NCBI GenBank assembly: GCA_965235115.1
Contig: OZ249436.1
Span: 4,776,001-4,840,000, forward strand
Source: Laetmonice hystrix
Taxonomy: Eukaryota
DNA: 64,000 bases
Direction: 5' to 3'
Shown: piece after piece, positions 1 to 13,261 of the stretch
Numbering within the stretch: position 1 is the stretch's first letter
Layout: every line of letters starts with the position of its first letter
Program-made: the position numbers and the translations under genes
The notes under the pieces: model-generated
What the model was told of the DNA's origin: nothing
The model's database searches: none
Seen by the model: the letters and a program-made list of their open reading frames with translations, nothing else

Positions 1-455
1 AACAATAAACTGGTAGAAAAATCACACAGCAACAAGTAAAGTTATGACGCAGCTACATAGAACTGGCGTTTTAGTTCTTTTGTCATGTTGTTTAACCTTT
101 CTGTCCTCTGCTTTCAAAAAGGGGCACTGCCACGTAACAAAGGGGCACTGTCCCGTAAACAAAGGTAATTGTAAAACCCGTATATCATTTCCATCTGGCA
201 TGCTGCCTACCTTATTTAAATCATTACAATAAGTCAGCATTATTCTTTCCATTCCGTACGCTCTATATACGTCCCAATTACCCCTTGAAATAAAAGCCAA
301 CAGTTACTGATCTCCTGCACCCTTCGTTAGATGCCCTTTGTAGTCTTTCAACCCTCCTATTTGTGTGAAGGTAGCTCGGGCATGGATTTACATGTGAACA
401 TCATGATTTCAAAGTGGGCTTTGTCTTTAGACGCAGCTTCCGATGTTCGTGGGAA

Positions 456-468
456 CGCCATCTAGCGG
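456..468 (-). promoter_or_regulatory. CTCF-like motif
   Basis: Reverse complement CCGCTAGATGGCG matches the CTCF core consensus. Confidence 0.5.
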
Positions 469-1091
469 CAATGGAAGCAGCCGTTACCTGCAGACAATGG
501 TGTGTTCCGGACCCTGAGTGAGCGGTCGGACTGCGAGTCACCCGATCTGTGTCCTTTGTGACAAGCTACTGATGTACCTTGGGGTGCCGACTTGTAGCAG
601 TGTCAGACATAATGACATAATAAAACACAGCCTACAGCTATAAACATGATCAACCTGTGACTCACTTCAGGTGCTGCCTTTCTACATATTGTAATACAAC
701 AAGCCCTCATCGCCAATTTTAATGCATGTAATTAATTCTGATTGTTCTCTTTTGTAAACTAAACATCATTATGCATGTGCAACATGTTTTTAACTATTAG
801 ATCACGGAAGAAGCAGAAATTCATGTGGGCCATTTTTCTTATTTTTCTCACCGCTGCAATATAATGTTATATAATAATATACCTTGGCTATAGGTGGTTA
901 CATTAAATTATGTTCTGTGACTATTGTTGATACCGCAGCTGTTCCTGCCGCCCCCCCCCCCACCCACCCACCCCACCCCATCCCCCGCCTTTCAGCTCGA
1001 CCCCAGGGGTACATTTCATTAAGCCAAAAGATGTCTCTAATATTGTGGAAACATGGTTCTAGCCAAAATAGTCTCTTCTGGTAACGTCATG

Positions 1092-1297
1092 CTTCAATAA
1101 CTCCAATTACTTCAATAACTCCAATTACTTCAATAACTCCAATTACTTCAATAACTCCAATTACTTCAAAAACACCAATTACTTCAATAACTCCAATTAC
1201 TTCAATAACTCCAATTACTTCAATAACTCCAATTACTTCAATAACTCCAATTACTTCAATAACTCCAATTACTTCAATAACTCCAATTACTTTAATA
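1092..1297. repeat. Minisatellite, 18-bp unit CTTCAATAACTCCAATTA, ~11 copies
   Basis: Direct reading of tandem units. Confidence 0.95.
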
Positions 1298-1301
1298 CGT
1301 C

Positions 1302-1700
1302 CTCGTTATATTGACTCATTCAATACTGTCCACAAGTTCTGTCTAGTTTCGTTACATTCACTCATTCCATACTGTCCACAAGTTCTGTCTAGTCTCGTTA
1401 CATTCACTCATTCAATACTGTCCACAAGTTCTGTCTAGTCTCGTTACATTCACTCATTCAATACTGTCCACAAGTTCTGTCTAGTCTCGTTACATTCACT
1501 CATTCAATACTGTCCACAAGTTCTGTCTAGTCTCGTTACATTCACTCATTCAATACTGTCACCAAGTTCTGTCTAGTCTCGTTACATTCACTCATTCAAT
1601 ACTGTCCACAAGTTCTGTCAAGTCTCGTTACATTCACTCATTCAATACTGTCCACAGGTTCTGTCTAGTCTCGTTACATTTAGTCATTCAATACTGTCAC
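1302..1700. repeat. Minisatellite, 46-bp unit (CTCGTTACATTCACTCATTCAATACTGTCCACAAGTTCTGTCTAGT), ~8.5 copies
   Basis: Direct reading; abuts the 18-bp array. Confidence 0.95.
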
Positions 1701-2412
1701 CATGCAAGATCTCGCAGTAGTCTCGTCTTCCCAACGAGACTAGACAGAAGTTCTGTCTAGTCTCGTTAGTCTTTCTAAATGACGTCTTTGACGTCTTGAT
1801 TACTGAAATAAGCTGACATACACCCAAGCTGTGCCGGCTATGTCAGGCACCCTGCACGCTGAAGCTCAAAACCAGGGACCCCTTTTCATATACTACTTAG
1901 TGCAGGTCAATGTGGGAAGGTAACGTTCACGTGTGTAGGTCACACATTAACAGTTGACGACCACGTGGTTCACATGAACATACATATTCTGCTGCATACA
2001 CGTGGTTGTTATGGGAAACCAAGTACCAACCAACCTTGGAGGTTGCGTAAAATGAGGAGATCATTTACTACAGATGTCCTTCATTTTTTGATATTATATC
2101 AGAATTTTTTCAGTATAACACTATTCTTCTATAGTGCTATAAAGACATGATTTACCGTGGGCCTGTCGATGGAGGAGAGAGTTGTTCTTCCCCTCCCTTC
2201 CCCCGTTTTTTGGGTACTGTTCAGTACGTTTTATTATCTAAAACTGTATGGGGAGCACACATAGGGGCATACTCTCTGCGTTGAGCATTATAAGGCAGAA
2301 AATGCCTGTTCTATGAAGGATTTCTCTACATTTACTCAGTTTTAAAGATTCAATTTGACGATCAGCCTTTTTTTAACCAAGATAGAAAATCTCGCTTCGC
2401 AACACTCAGCAG

Positions 2413-2699
2413 GTAATCGACGTCATGACGTGCACGTCATCCCTCAGTTTGTCAGTGACGTAATCAACGTCATGACGTGTAGGGCTACGTCAGCCCTCAG
2501 TCTGTCAGTGACGTAATCGACGTCATGACGTGCACGTCAGCCCTCCGTTTGTCAGTGACGTAATCGACGTCATGACGTGCACGTCAGCCCTCCGTTTGTC
2601 AGTGACGTAATCGACGTCATGACGTACACGTCAGCCCTCCGTTTGTCAGTGACGTAATCGACGTCATGACGTACACGTCAGCCCTTCGTTTCTCAGTGA
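2413..2699. repeat. Minisatellite, 47-bp unit rich in TGACGT/ACGTCA half-sites, 6 copies
   Basis: Unit GTAATCGACGTCATGACGTGCACGTCAGCCCTCCGTTTGTCAGTGAC. Confidence 0.95.
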
Positions 2700-4425
2700 C
2701 CAGCACGTGTCCTTCTGAAAGTTCCTGTCACAGCTGAATACAAAGGACCACCAGTTGTAGTGAGGAGTGTTAGTAATGATGGGAACTGGGACCAGAGTGG
2801 ACACCTGCAGCCAGGCAGAACGTGTCGCGACCGTTAGAAATTATGGCCCCGGTGGTGATGAGATGGGCACGCCAGCGATACTCGCCACTTCCATTGAATA
2901 CGGAGGTTGAAACCACAGAACTGCTTTGTGTTACGATAAACTGCGAACCTGGGACTACATGCTGGAGGTCAACATGATAGCAGTTGTATGATGTTAGAAT
3001 ACAGAGGAGATTCGGAGTTCAGGCTGATTTGGTTAACTGCTTGCTGTAGGTCATTGTTTTAAACGACCATGACGGGCAGGCACTCAAGGACAGGTGACGG
3101 ACAGGTCGTAACTCACTCATGAACTACGAGAACTCGCTCACCCAACGTGATTGGGCTTCGTGCTCCAAACAGATGACCTCTACAAGTCTTCTCCAAACCC
3201 GCTTTCGGCTGGAGAAGGGGGGGTGATTCTTCACGAGTTGTCTCGGTGGTCCTCATTAAAAAAAACTTGGGGGAGGACGATAATATTTTGGTTGGTGCAC
3301 AGGAATTTAGGGGGCATATAGTACATCGGTCTCCCACTTTCCCTCTCGTTCAACATAAAAACTCCGGGGTCCCTTCATGTACAGACAAAACAATCCTTCA
3401 ACTACTCTGATTTATGTCTTCTATACCGCCCCCGCACCCCATCCTCCCACCACACGTGTACCCCCCCCCCCCCCCGGCCACGGGTGGTTGCACGTCCAGG
3501 TATAGTGTCGGTTTGTGGTCGGTCAGACGTATGGCGTCTCTCCACGGTTCGTTAGACTCATGGCTGCTGCGATCAGGGCGGACACGTGCTGTACGCGTGC
3601 CACCGACATACACTGCCCGTGCCAGCCCGTGCAGCTGCCTCACGACTCACCTGAGTCAGGGGACAATGAAAGGCACTTTTATACATGAATTATCGTATTG
3701 CCATCATACAGCGTCCCAGGACGGCAGGCAAATGTCTATTACTACAGTCAGTCTATAGTGGTTTGGCTGGGGAGAAAAATTTAACAGAATAACAAAGGAT
3801 AAATAGATTTTACATGCTTGTTGAGAAGAGTTGAAATTCCTCATGCTCACTGACCGATCTTCAAGCTTTCCTCTCCAGGGTCAAGCCAGGAATTTTGATA
3901 TTAGATAATTTCACGGTGTTGGGTCGAGAATTTCTTTGTTATCAAAGCCCATATTGTCCGTGGTTCGTTTCATTCACGCTGCGTTTGGCCTTCTCCACTG
4001 ATTTGTCGCACACAAAAGAGTTGTGCTAAATTTGCCCCTTGATCTCGGGTAAGAAATGCGACAGGATTCAATAGGACGCCCCGAGTATAACCACAGGAAA
4101 GGTCGCCATATGTCATCTTAATCATCTACAGACAAAAAGTGTGGGGTGTTTTTTTTGGTTTGTTGAAAGTTAATTTTTCACTTGTCTGGAAGGTTTAAAA
4201 AAACAGTGGCACAATTGTCTGGCCTCATACAAAGAGACGTAATGGCAGTCCAGAAAGTGAGAAATAACTGGCACAAAACACGCAGCCTGCATGCATGCAT
4301 GCATGCCAATCAAGGTTTGAATCAATCCAATGCTTTGTCTTCAAGGTGTAGGTTTTCTGGCATTGCTGTCCTTGACATGTGGACTGACAGCCCTCATATC
4401 ACCTCACAGGGCCTGACGTAAACCT

Positions 4426-4439
4426 GCGCCACCTAGCGG
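4426..4439 (-). promoter_or_regulatory. CTCF-like motif
   Basis: Reverse complement CCGCTAGGTGGCGC is a near-consensus CTCF core. Confidence 0.55.
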
Positions 4440-4718
4440 CCGCGATGATAATCACGATCCGCAACCGTCCACCATGACGGTAACAAAAGCAGACGCCGAA
4501 TCAAACGTTGGAGTTCGTCTGCTCTTTGCGCGTTCGTTGCGATTTTTCCGCGTCCAGGGCCTCCTGCTTCATGACCACCTGTCATTGGACGAAGGACTCA
4601 TCAAATATCAAAGCTGTGAACTCAGTGCAGGGGGTCTCTATGATATCGATAAGTTCATGAACGACTTCATTTGGGGTCCTACCGTGAATGGGATCGAAAG
4701 GAGTAGACCTGCGTTTGA

Positions 4719-5160
4719 AGAACTTGTTGGTCACCATGCATGCACGACGCCATGGTTGATGTATTGATGAACTGGTTGGTCACCATGCATGCACGACGCC
4801 ATGGTTGATATATTGATGAACTGGTTGGTCACCATGCATGCACGACGTCATGGTTGATATATTGATGAACTGGTTGGTCACCATGCATGCACGACGTCAT
4901 GGTTGATATATTGATGAACTGGTTGGTCACCATGCATGCACGACGTCATGGTTGATATATTGATGAACTGGTTGGTCACCATGCATGCACGACGTCATGG
5001 TTGATATATTGATGAACTGGTTGGTCACCATGCATGCACGACGTCATGGTTGATATATTGATGAACTGGTTGGTCACCATGCATGCACGACGCCATGGTT
5101 GATATATTGATGAACTGGTTGGTCACCATGCATGCACGACGCCATGGTTCATATATTGAT
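4719..5160. repeat. Minisatellite, 49-bp unit, ~9 copies
   Basis: Unit TGAACTGGTTGGTCACCATGCATGCACGACGTCATGGTTGATATATTGA. Confidence 0.95.
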
Positions 5161-6373
5161 GGAGAGGCAGTCTGACACAACGTTTTTTGTTTGTTCTTAA
5201 ACAAGAAAACATAATCATGTAGAAAAAATAATAATTTCAGGTACTGAGAACCCCGCCCCCCCCCCCCTCAGCTGTAAGAAAAATACAGTCAGAAATCAAA
5301 CCACAAAGTGTAGAACTCCAAATCTACTGTATTCAATGCTCATGCATGCCACTGAAATATATCTTGACTTCTACATAACTGGAAAAATATCCTACTTGAG
5401 TTGTGCTTATCTTTATCATGCTGTTACTAAAATAAAGCCAGAGCAAGTTTGATTAACTTCCCATAATTAACGAGAGCGCCTTGGCTGTCCAACAGCTGGT
5501 CGAAAGAAGGGTTCTTACGAGCCCCTCAACCACAAGACTATCTTTAATTCACAAGCCCTGTCCTTGTTCCTCTGTGCCCACCCCTTGGGCTGAGGAACAC
5601 TTATGAAGTTTTGTTTGTAGTTAATGACAGCTCTCAGAAAGTCGATATCACTACATGGTGGAGTAATATGATGCGTGCTTTGTTTTATAAAACCCTGCAC
5701 GAGAACATCTGACGTCATCACATCGTCTGCTGACCACGTCACCGCCTCCGCTCGCAGCGCCCCCTGTCGATCTCGCCCAGGCCCTAAGCATGTCGTCTGA
5801 CCACAGAAACATTAAAAAGTTGTGTCCTGTAAAGCAGCCCCAGATCTAGGATGTGTGGTCGACTCTAACCTCATCCGACAGTCCACCAACTATTAGTTGA
5901 GGAAACCAGCAGCTGCCGTTTTTAGATTTAGTAAGGGTTCTCGGCAAGTTTCGCCCTGGAAATGGATTGACCGGATAAGATTGACCAGATTGACTGGAGA
6001 TAAGAATCACCAGTAGAAATCATATTAACGGTAATGAAAGGTCCCTTTTTCCTACCCTATCTAAGTTTATACCCTTTTGTTGACGTGCCCTATCGACCTG
6101 GGCGCCGACCAATCATACTGTCCACATGCCGTAGTCTGCGTACCTTTGTGTCGGCTGCGGAATGACGCGGTTTGAGTGGTCAGTCAGCGTCAGGTCGGGT
6201 TTCTGTCACGTGACCCGGAGATGGAGCTAATCTATTGGTTCTGCGTGCGGTTATTGGAGACATCCGGTTAGTTCATCGACACCATCACGTGACCATGGTA
6301 ATTATAGGAAGAAAAATCATTCCAGTCACGGGAGGAGGAAGAGGGAAGCAACACTCATATCTGACCTCTGATT

Positions 6374-6375
<2 letters not shown>

Positions 6376-6433
<58 letters not shown>

Positions 6434-6670
6434 CTCTCTCTCCCTCGCTATCTCTCTTTCTCTGTCTCCCTCTATCTATCTCTATCTACCCCTGTCTGTC
6501 TCTATCTATCTCTATCTATCTCTACATTGTCTCTATCTCACTAGCTCTGTCTCTCTTGCTCTATCTCTCTCTGTCTCTCTCTAGCTTTCTATCCCTCTCT
6601 CTGCCTCTCTCTATCTCTCTTCTCTCTCTGTCTCTCTCTCTCTGTCTCTCTCTCTCTTTTTCGCTCTCCC
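6376..6670. repeat. (CT)n / (CTAT)n microsatellite
   Basis: Pure CT run that degenerates into CT/CTAT/CTGT. Confidence 0.95.
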
Positions 6671-8746
6671 CGATTTGTATTCTAACTCATTTTCTATGGT
6701 TCATTGGATCCCTATTTATTCGTTAATTCGTCTCTTTTTCTCGCAAATACTGAACTTCGTTGATCGTTAGGTTTTAGCTCAAAAGTAAAATGGAGGCCAA
6801 GAGGTAATAATATAAAAGGCAAAAGTATAAGTTTAAAACGTTATTTTGAAAGGGCTTTAAATTTATTTATGTAGGCGACACGGCCCAGTTACTAATGTCA
6901 TTCATACGAGAAAGAAAGTGACGTCATCGGTTAAAAAGACATGTCTGATGCATGTGGGGAAATGTAAAGGTAAAATTCGACCTATGAGTTTTTCCTTTTC
7001 AGATATTAGTTAATACTCCATGAAAATACAAGATAAAAATTGATAGTATACTCGTTCACGCAGCGAAAAATATGCTGGCCTAGACTACATTTTATCTGTC
7101 TCATTAATAAAATCATTTATCGGCCCTTACATCTGTCACACATAGGAATGTAAACCTATACACGTAAGTACACAGCATCCTACACTCTTACTACGTGTAG
7201 TGTGTGTAATGCGGGTTTACAGATAATCACATAAAGACATGTTCCCATACCCGAGTCAGGAGTTGCTTTGCCATACAGTCAACACCAGCAAGAGCTCCCT
7301 ATAAGCTGCGCTCCCTATGCGAGATCACGAAATTCCGAGCTCCGTATTGGCCGTCCACCTCGGGACGACTTCCTAATTATGGCATAGATTAATGTCGTTA
7401 ATCTTCGGAGTCCACAAACTGATCGTATTGAGCTAGGGTAATGGGTACAGGCGCCTGCTGCATGACCTGGAATCATGCCGTCAGACAGGTCGGAGTCAGG
7501 CGTCACCCAGCGTCTCTGTACGTCCACCCAGCGTCCGTCCATCGGCCAGCGTCCCTAGCCGACCCATCAGCGTCCGTCGATGGGCCAGCGTCCCTAGCCG
7601 ACTCATCAGTGTCCAATCAATGATGTATAACCTGTTCATGTCCCGGTGATGAGGGACGCTGATCTTCCCACAGCTTTCATTGGTCATAGCCATGAACGCT
7701 GAAGAAACCAGGAAGGTTTCAGAGTGAAAGAGGAAACATTATGACCCTTTTACTGAGGATACCAAATCGTATGTTTTAGATATATGTTTATTGTCAAAGA
7801 AATACGCTGTAGTTGAACTAATAATCTATATCTCCATGAAAAAATGTTTTACATATATTTTTCCCGCGTACACATGATAAAAATCACTAAATAGACCAGT
7901 ATATGACTCGACAGAATATTAGACAGTACTATTCTCACGTATATATTCGCCGTAGTCTCATTAGGCCATCATCTATATATATCTTCCTGTCACGATCGTA
8001 GTGTATTAAAGGCACTTTCTGTGACACGGTCAGTACTGTGGAACCAACAGTCAGACAGGAAACCACAAGTTCTATACTTCCGCGTTTCTTCCCTCACACT
8101 TTAACATATCAGTGAGAAGGAAGTTTGGTGTCGTGCATGCACGTATTACATTTCTTCAATATTATAATGTATATCATATGATTGGGCACAACAAATTGTT
8201 CCTCAAAATGTTTAAAGCTTCATGCCGGACACACAACAGTTAAAAAGATTCTAGACTATAGACCTAGACTATAATTGATCTTTTCACTCTGCTTGCAAGT
8301 TCCGGGTAAGGCATCGTCTATACAGAGTTCCCCCACTCCCGCTCCTGGAGACCAGCATTCGAAAACCGAAACTTGAGCATTACGCATGATAGCAATGTTT
8401 GCTTTTCCTTTTCAGGACAAATCTAACAGAATCATTCAAATAACTGACACCCACCCCCCACCCCTACTCTAATAAAATAATGTCTTATATCATTCTTACA
8501 TAGCTCGGTCATAACTCTGTGTGTAGCTAACATCCTGTGCATGACATCTTATGCATGAAATGTTGCACTGGAATTTGAAAAGAAAATCTCCCATTTTCTG
8601 GTAAGGCTACGTCATATTTCAGAGAAATGGAACACTGTCCAAACGTGAAGTTTATGATCATGAGAATTTGGTCATGAAAATGTTTACCGTCATGTCAATG
8701 CCGGCACGACAGAGCAATTTGTAGCGGCAGAGTAACCTCATCATAA

Positions 8747-9507
8747 CACGAGAACTGAAGCAGATCATCAACATAGGCCTACATACATTCCCTGTTAGGC
8801 TACGTAGGCACGAGAAAAAGATCATCAACATAGGCCTACATACATTCCCTGTTAGGTTACGTAGGCGCGAGAAAACGAACATCAACATAGGCCTACATAC
8901 ATTCCCTGTTATAGGCTACGCAGGCGCGAGAAAACGAACATCAACATAGGCCTACATACATTCCCTGTTATAGGCTACGCAGGCGCGAGAAAACGAACAT
9001 CAGCATAGGCCTACATACATTCCCTGTTAGGCTACGTAGGCACGAGAAAAAGATCATCAACATAGGCCTACATACATTCCCTGTTAGGCTATACGTAGGC
9101 ACGAGAAAACGAACATCAGCATAGGCCTACATACATTCCCTGTTAGGCTACGTAGGCACGAGAAAAAGATCATCAACATAGGCCTACATACATTCCCTGT
9201 TAGGCTACGCAGGCACGAGAAAACGAACATCAGCATAGGCCTACATACATTCCCTGTTAGGCTACGTAGGCACGAGAAAAAGATCATCAGCATAGGCCTA
9301 CATACATTCCCTGTTAGGCTACGTAGGCACGAGAAAACGAACATCAGCATAGGCCTACATACATTCCCTGTTAGGCTACGTAGGCATGAGAAAACGAACA
9401 TCAGCATAGGCCTACATACATTCCCTGTTAGGCTACGTAGGCGCGAGAAAAAGATCATCAGCATAGGCCTACATACATTCCCTGTTAGGTTACGCAGGCA
9501 CGAGAAC
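8747..9507. repeat. Minisatellite, 57-bp unit, ~13 copies, two interspersed variants
   Basis: Unit CACGAGAAAA(AGATC/CGAAC)ATCAACATAGGCCTACATACATTCCCTGTTAGGCTACGTAGG. Confidence 0.95.
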
Positions 9508-11049
9508 GATGAATATTGAGCACAGAGAAAGATTTGGTTCTGGATTGAAGCGCCATGCAGAGGCTCTATATACACAGGACTGAAGTAGACTATAGTTTAC
9601 ATAATTAGACAAAGATATCACATACTGTAACAGGGCAAGGACTAGCATCTCCCTTTGGTTGGAACCGCTGTGTGCCTATCGCCCTAGTCTCAAAAATTAT
9701 ATATTTATGTTTGGGAAGTTAGGACAAAGTTCGTTATAAAATCCAGTTTTGTGAAGTATTTAATGCGAGTCAGTCAAAATAGGTGGGTCTAAAGTCTTCG
9801 TGGAGTACATAAATGTTGCAGGTCGGAGCAGAACTGTGTGTGCTTGACCTCAAATGTATTTCTTACGTACGTATTAGTATATTTTATAATATAACAAGCA
9901 TGCATGTCCCCTCTGGATCTTCGTAGTTTTGTATGTCTGTTGGTTTTGTTATATTTTTAAATTTATATTTTTAATTTTGTTATTCGTTTGACTTGCTAGC
10001 TCAGACATGTCTTATGTTCAGGCCCCGACCACCGACCTCCGGCTAGGTTGAGGCTAGGCCTACACTATACTACTAACATTAAGTATACTTGACTTCCAAC
10101 CTGTGCCTTTGATCTATATGTTTACTTATACCTACAGACATGGCATTGTGGTATAACATGCGTCAGTTGTTCCGATGAGGGTCAAGTAGTCACGTTTTTA
10201 TAGATAATATGAGATCTCCTTATCAAGCCTTATCAGGTTCGTGTTTCTTTAATAAGACATTGCACGTGTATCCCGAAACCAGGGCGACCATGTTACGCCT
10301 ACATGGGAATCGAGGGAATTTTAGGGGTTCATGCCCTGTTGGCAGTATTTTGGACATTATTCCGGTTGAAAACCAAACTTTCAGACTTGGTCAGTCATAA
10401 GACCTATTGTATCCCCAGTCCGGGGAAGGGGGCTGGTGAAGATGAAGGGGTAAAAGAAACCCGCCACCAGGAGGCAGTCCAGCACTCTTTTCGAGAAATG
10501 GCAAGGGTTCATGTATATGCCTATATTTACACAGATACGGCTGGCCATACCAACGCCTTTAATGGCACTGGAGAGGGTCAGTGAGAGAAATGGTACAAGT
10601 ATCCAAATCCAGTCTGCAATCCGACAGCCGGCCACTCCTCCACACCAGCCTCAACCACATTCATTAACACCCTCGGGTAGAGAGCATTCTTACCCCTGAT
10701 CCCCCAGGGGGAGGGTTACCGGGACTACATGGCATGATGTGGGCCTGCAACCAAAGTCTATATTCTGTTGCCTGGCTCATAAAACTAAAGTTACAAGTAC
10801 TTTCTCCAAGTATGCATAAGTTCCCTTTTTTATACAGTTTTAAATATTTAATCACATATTTTATCAGTCACGTATATCATTAGTAAAGGCAGACACCAGT
10901 GGTCCTAACCTATAAATACAACGTGGTGTACACAAGTAAATCTACCAATAAGATTGATTTTACGTGTTGCGGCTGGTTTTGATGCGCACGCACGTAACTT
11001 ATACTTCCGCGCAACGCGGCCTGGATACACGCATTGACTATCATGGTAT

Positions 11050-11141
11050 TGGGTGTCCCAATTAAAGTTAAGTTATTATTATTATACAGGTATATTACAT
11101 ATTAAATATTCCAGTGCGCAGTAACTTTTGGAACACACTGT
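11050..11141. mobile_element. Degenerate Tc1/mariner-type MITE remnant
   Basis: GGGTGTCCCAATTAAAGTTA ... TAACTTTTGGAACACACTG|TA resembles CAG(G/T)GTGT(C/T)CCAA TIRs with a TA flank. Confidence 0.4.
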
Positions 11142-13261
11142 ATTTATTGTAAAACACCACCGGCCGGTGGATGTGTGTCCTACCAGGTGCCTCGACTTGG
11201 TATACACTCAAGTTTTGTCCATTTCTACTTGATTGTATATCGTAACCTCCAAATTACCCGATGTATTGATATAAGCCGACACAATTTTTGTTATTAAATA
11301 ACATCTCATTCTGTAGGCTATACCTGAAAAAAGATTTGGGAAATATGGGATGTTAAAAAGTATACATTTTATTTGAATCAAAATGTCGTAATTTTAGGGG
11401 TTTTTTTATGAATGTTCGTTTGAAAAATTCGCTCAATCAAGGCACTTCACATCTGTATGAGTATAATAATTACGTGCACGGTGGGCTAGTAGGAAGTAAA
11501 ATGTTTTCATTAAAACTGGTTCTTTCTAGTCGTTTACAGCCTATCTGGCATGTGCAGCCTTTCCCTCCATGCACGGAACCTTGACAATCCACACAATCAG
11601 CCCCCCACCCTCGTACTCGGGTTTCACCATTCTCCTCCTGACCGCTGCTGGGGGTGGAAGTAGTACCCCTGATACCACCCCCACCCTGACCACAGACCCC
11701 TGGCCGGTCAGGGTCCGCCAGACTCGCAGCCATCTAGCAGACCGGCTGGTCCCAGGTACACGGTTCTCAAGTTCTGACCTGTCTCCCCCGAGGATCACAT
11801 CCGGGTGAGCCAGCGGTCAGCAGCGAGCGTCACTCATTAAAACCTAACCATTTTACTGGAATCATCATCAGCTGGGAGGCTGGCAGACAATAGAGTTTAC
11901 CGGGCAGGGAGAGTGGGCCAGGGTGGCGGCTACAGCAGCGCCACCTATAGACTGGACAGTTCGCAATTCATTACGGACCTCGTCGTCGCCCATCTGCGCA
12001 TGTCAGGACCTTCATTTACCAGATGAATCTGATAACGAGGCTCCGCATACGACCCCGGATCCCGATGCTCAATTCGACCTCTGACCCTCTGAAATAATTG
12101 AGTAGACTTGTCAACCTCCCGACATCAATAATCACGAATACGGATTGCTTCATCCTAACGTGTAGAGACGCCCACCTAATCCGCCAGGATGTCGTAGGCC
12201 TATAGACTCGGATTTAAAATAGTAGATATATTTCACAGGTAATATTAAAATATTTAGGCCCCTATACTTCTTGTATTTTCTAGTTTCTTGGATTCTCATT
12301 ATAATTTGTCGTGTTTTGTCAAGTAATATTTTGTCTTCATCTCTTTTCCAAGTTCTCCTGCCTTCTCAATTGTTATTGAGTTCGTTCTAATCTATTCGCA
12401 GTAGGCCCCCAAAGAAATGCGAAATCGTTGATATTTAGGCCTAAAAATGAAACCCCCAAAAAACATAGTGAAATAACAAATAACACATGCATGTCCCTTA
12501 TGGGCCACCGTAGAAGTTACAGATGAAAATATCTAGGTCTCTTCAATCCCACATTATCGGCGGATCATTTTTTCCCTTTTTATACAAAGGGATCAATAAT
12601 AAGGAAGTTTTGTGCGATACCCAGATAACAGTTACGAGAACAACAACATTTGTCGTTGAGAGATACTGTTCTTGGTTTGGGAGAGTATTGTTCCTGTTTC
12701 TAAGACTCCCGCGCGGCGTGATAACGTGCAGGTCGAGGGTGCCCTCTCACCTCCTCCATGACCTTGAGATACTCACCCTGGGTCCAGGAGGGCTGACACT
12801 CGAGGACTGATCTGACAGCTGCACGTTCTCGGGGGACGCTTTCTTATCAACGTGCATATTCAAGAAGCTTTGTGTCGTTGTTGATTTTGTTGTTGTTGTT
12901 GATGATGATATTTGTTGTTGTTTGTTGTTGGTTTCCCTACACTGTTGGCTTTTCCTATGTGATGACCTTCACAAGTAGATCACAGAGGAGACAGTCTGGG
13001 AAAGGCCACCCAGTGTCACTTCCACAGCCTTCCCCTGACATTAATTCCTGGTCATATATTGTCTGATCGATATCCGTTTCCCCTCTGACTACAAGCTCTC
13101 AGCAGCATTGATAGGAAAGTCTAAATTCCCAACGCTAAATGTAAACATAGAACTATATGGTGGACCTGAAGCTTTTTGTTTTGATTCAGAAAGAGGAATC
13201 AAAGTAAAAATTATAAATGTCATAAATCCTCGCTCTGGATGAAGCTGAGCGATATATCCAC

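Noticed and set aside
6235..6726. Leu/Ser-rich ORF (also the ORFs at 32307-32894 and 9084-9575)
   Set aside because: Translations of microsatellite or minisatellite sequence.
7630..7698. Minus-strand exon candidate after a strong polypyrimidine acceptor
   Set aside because: The donor (GTTATA) is weak and the peptide is unrecognisable.
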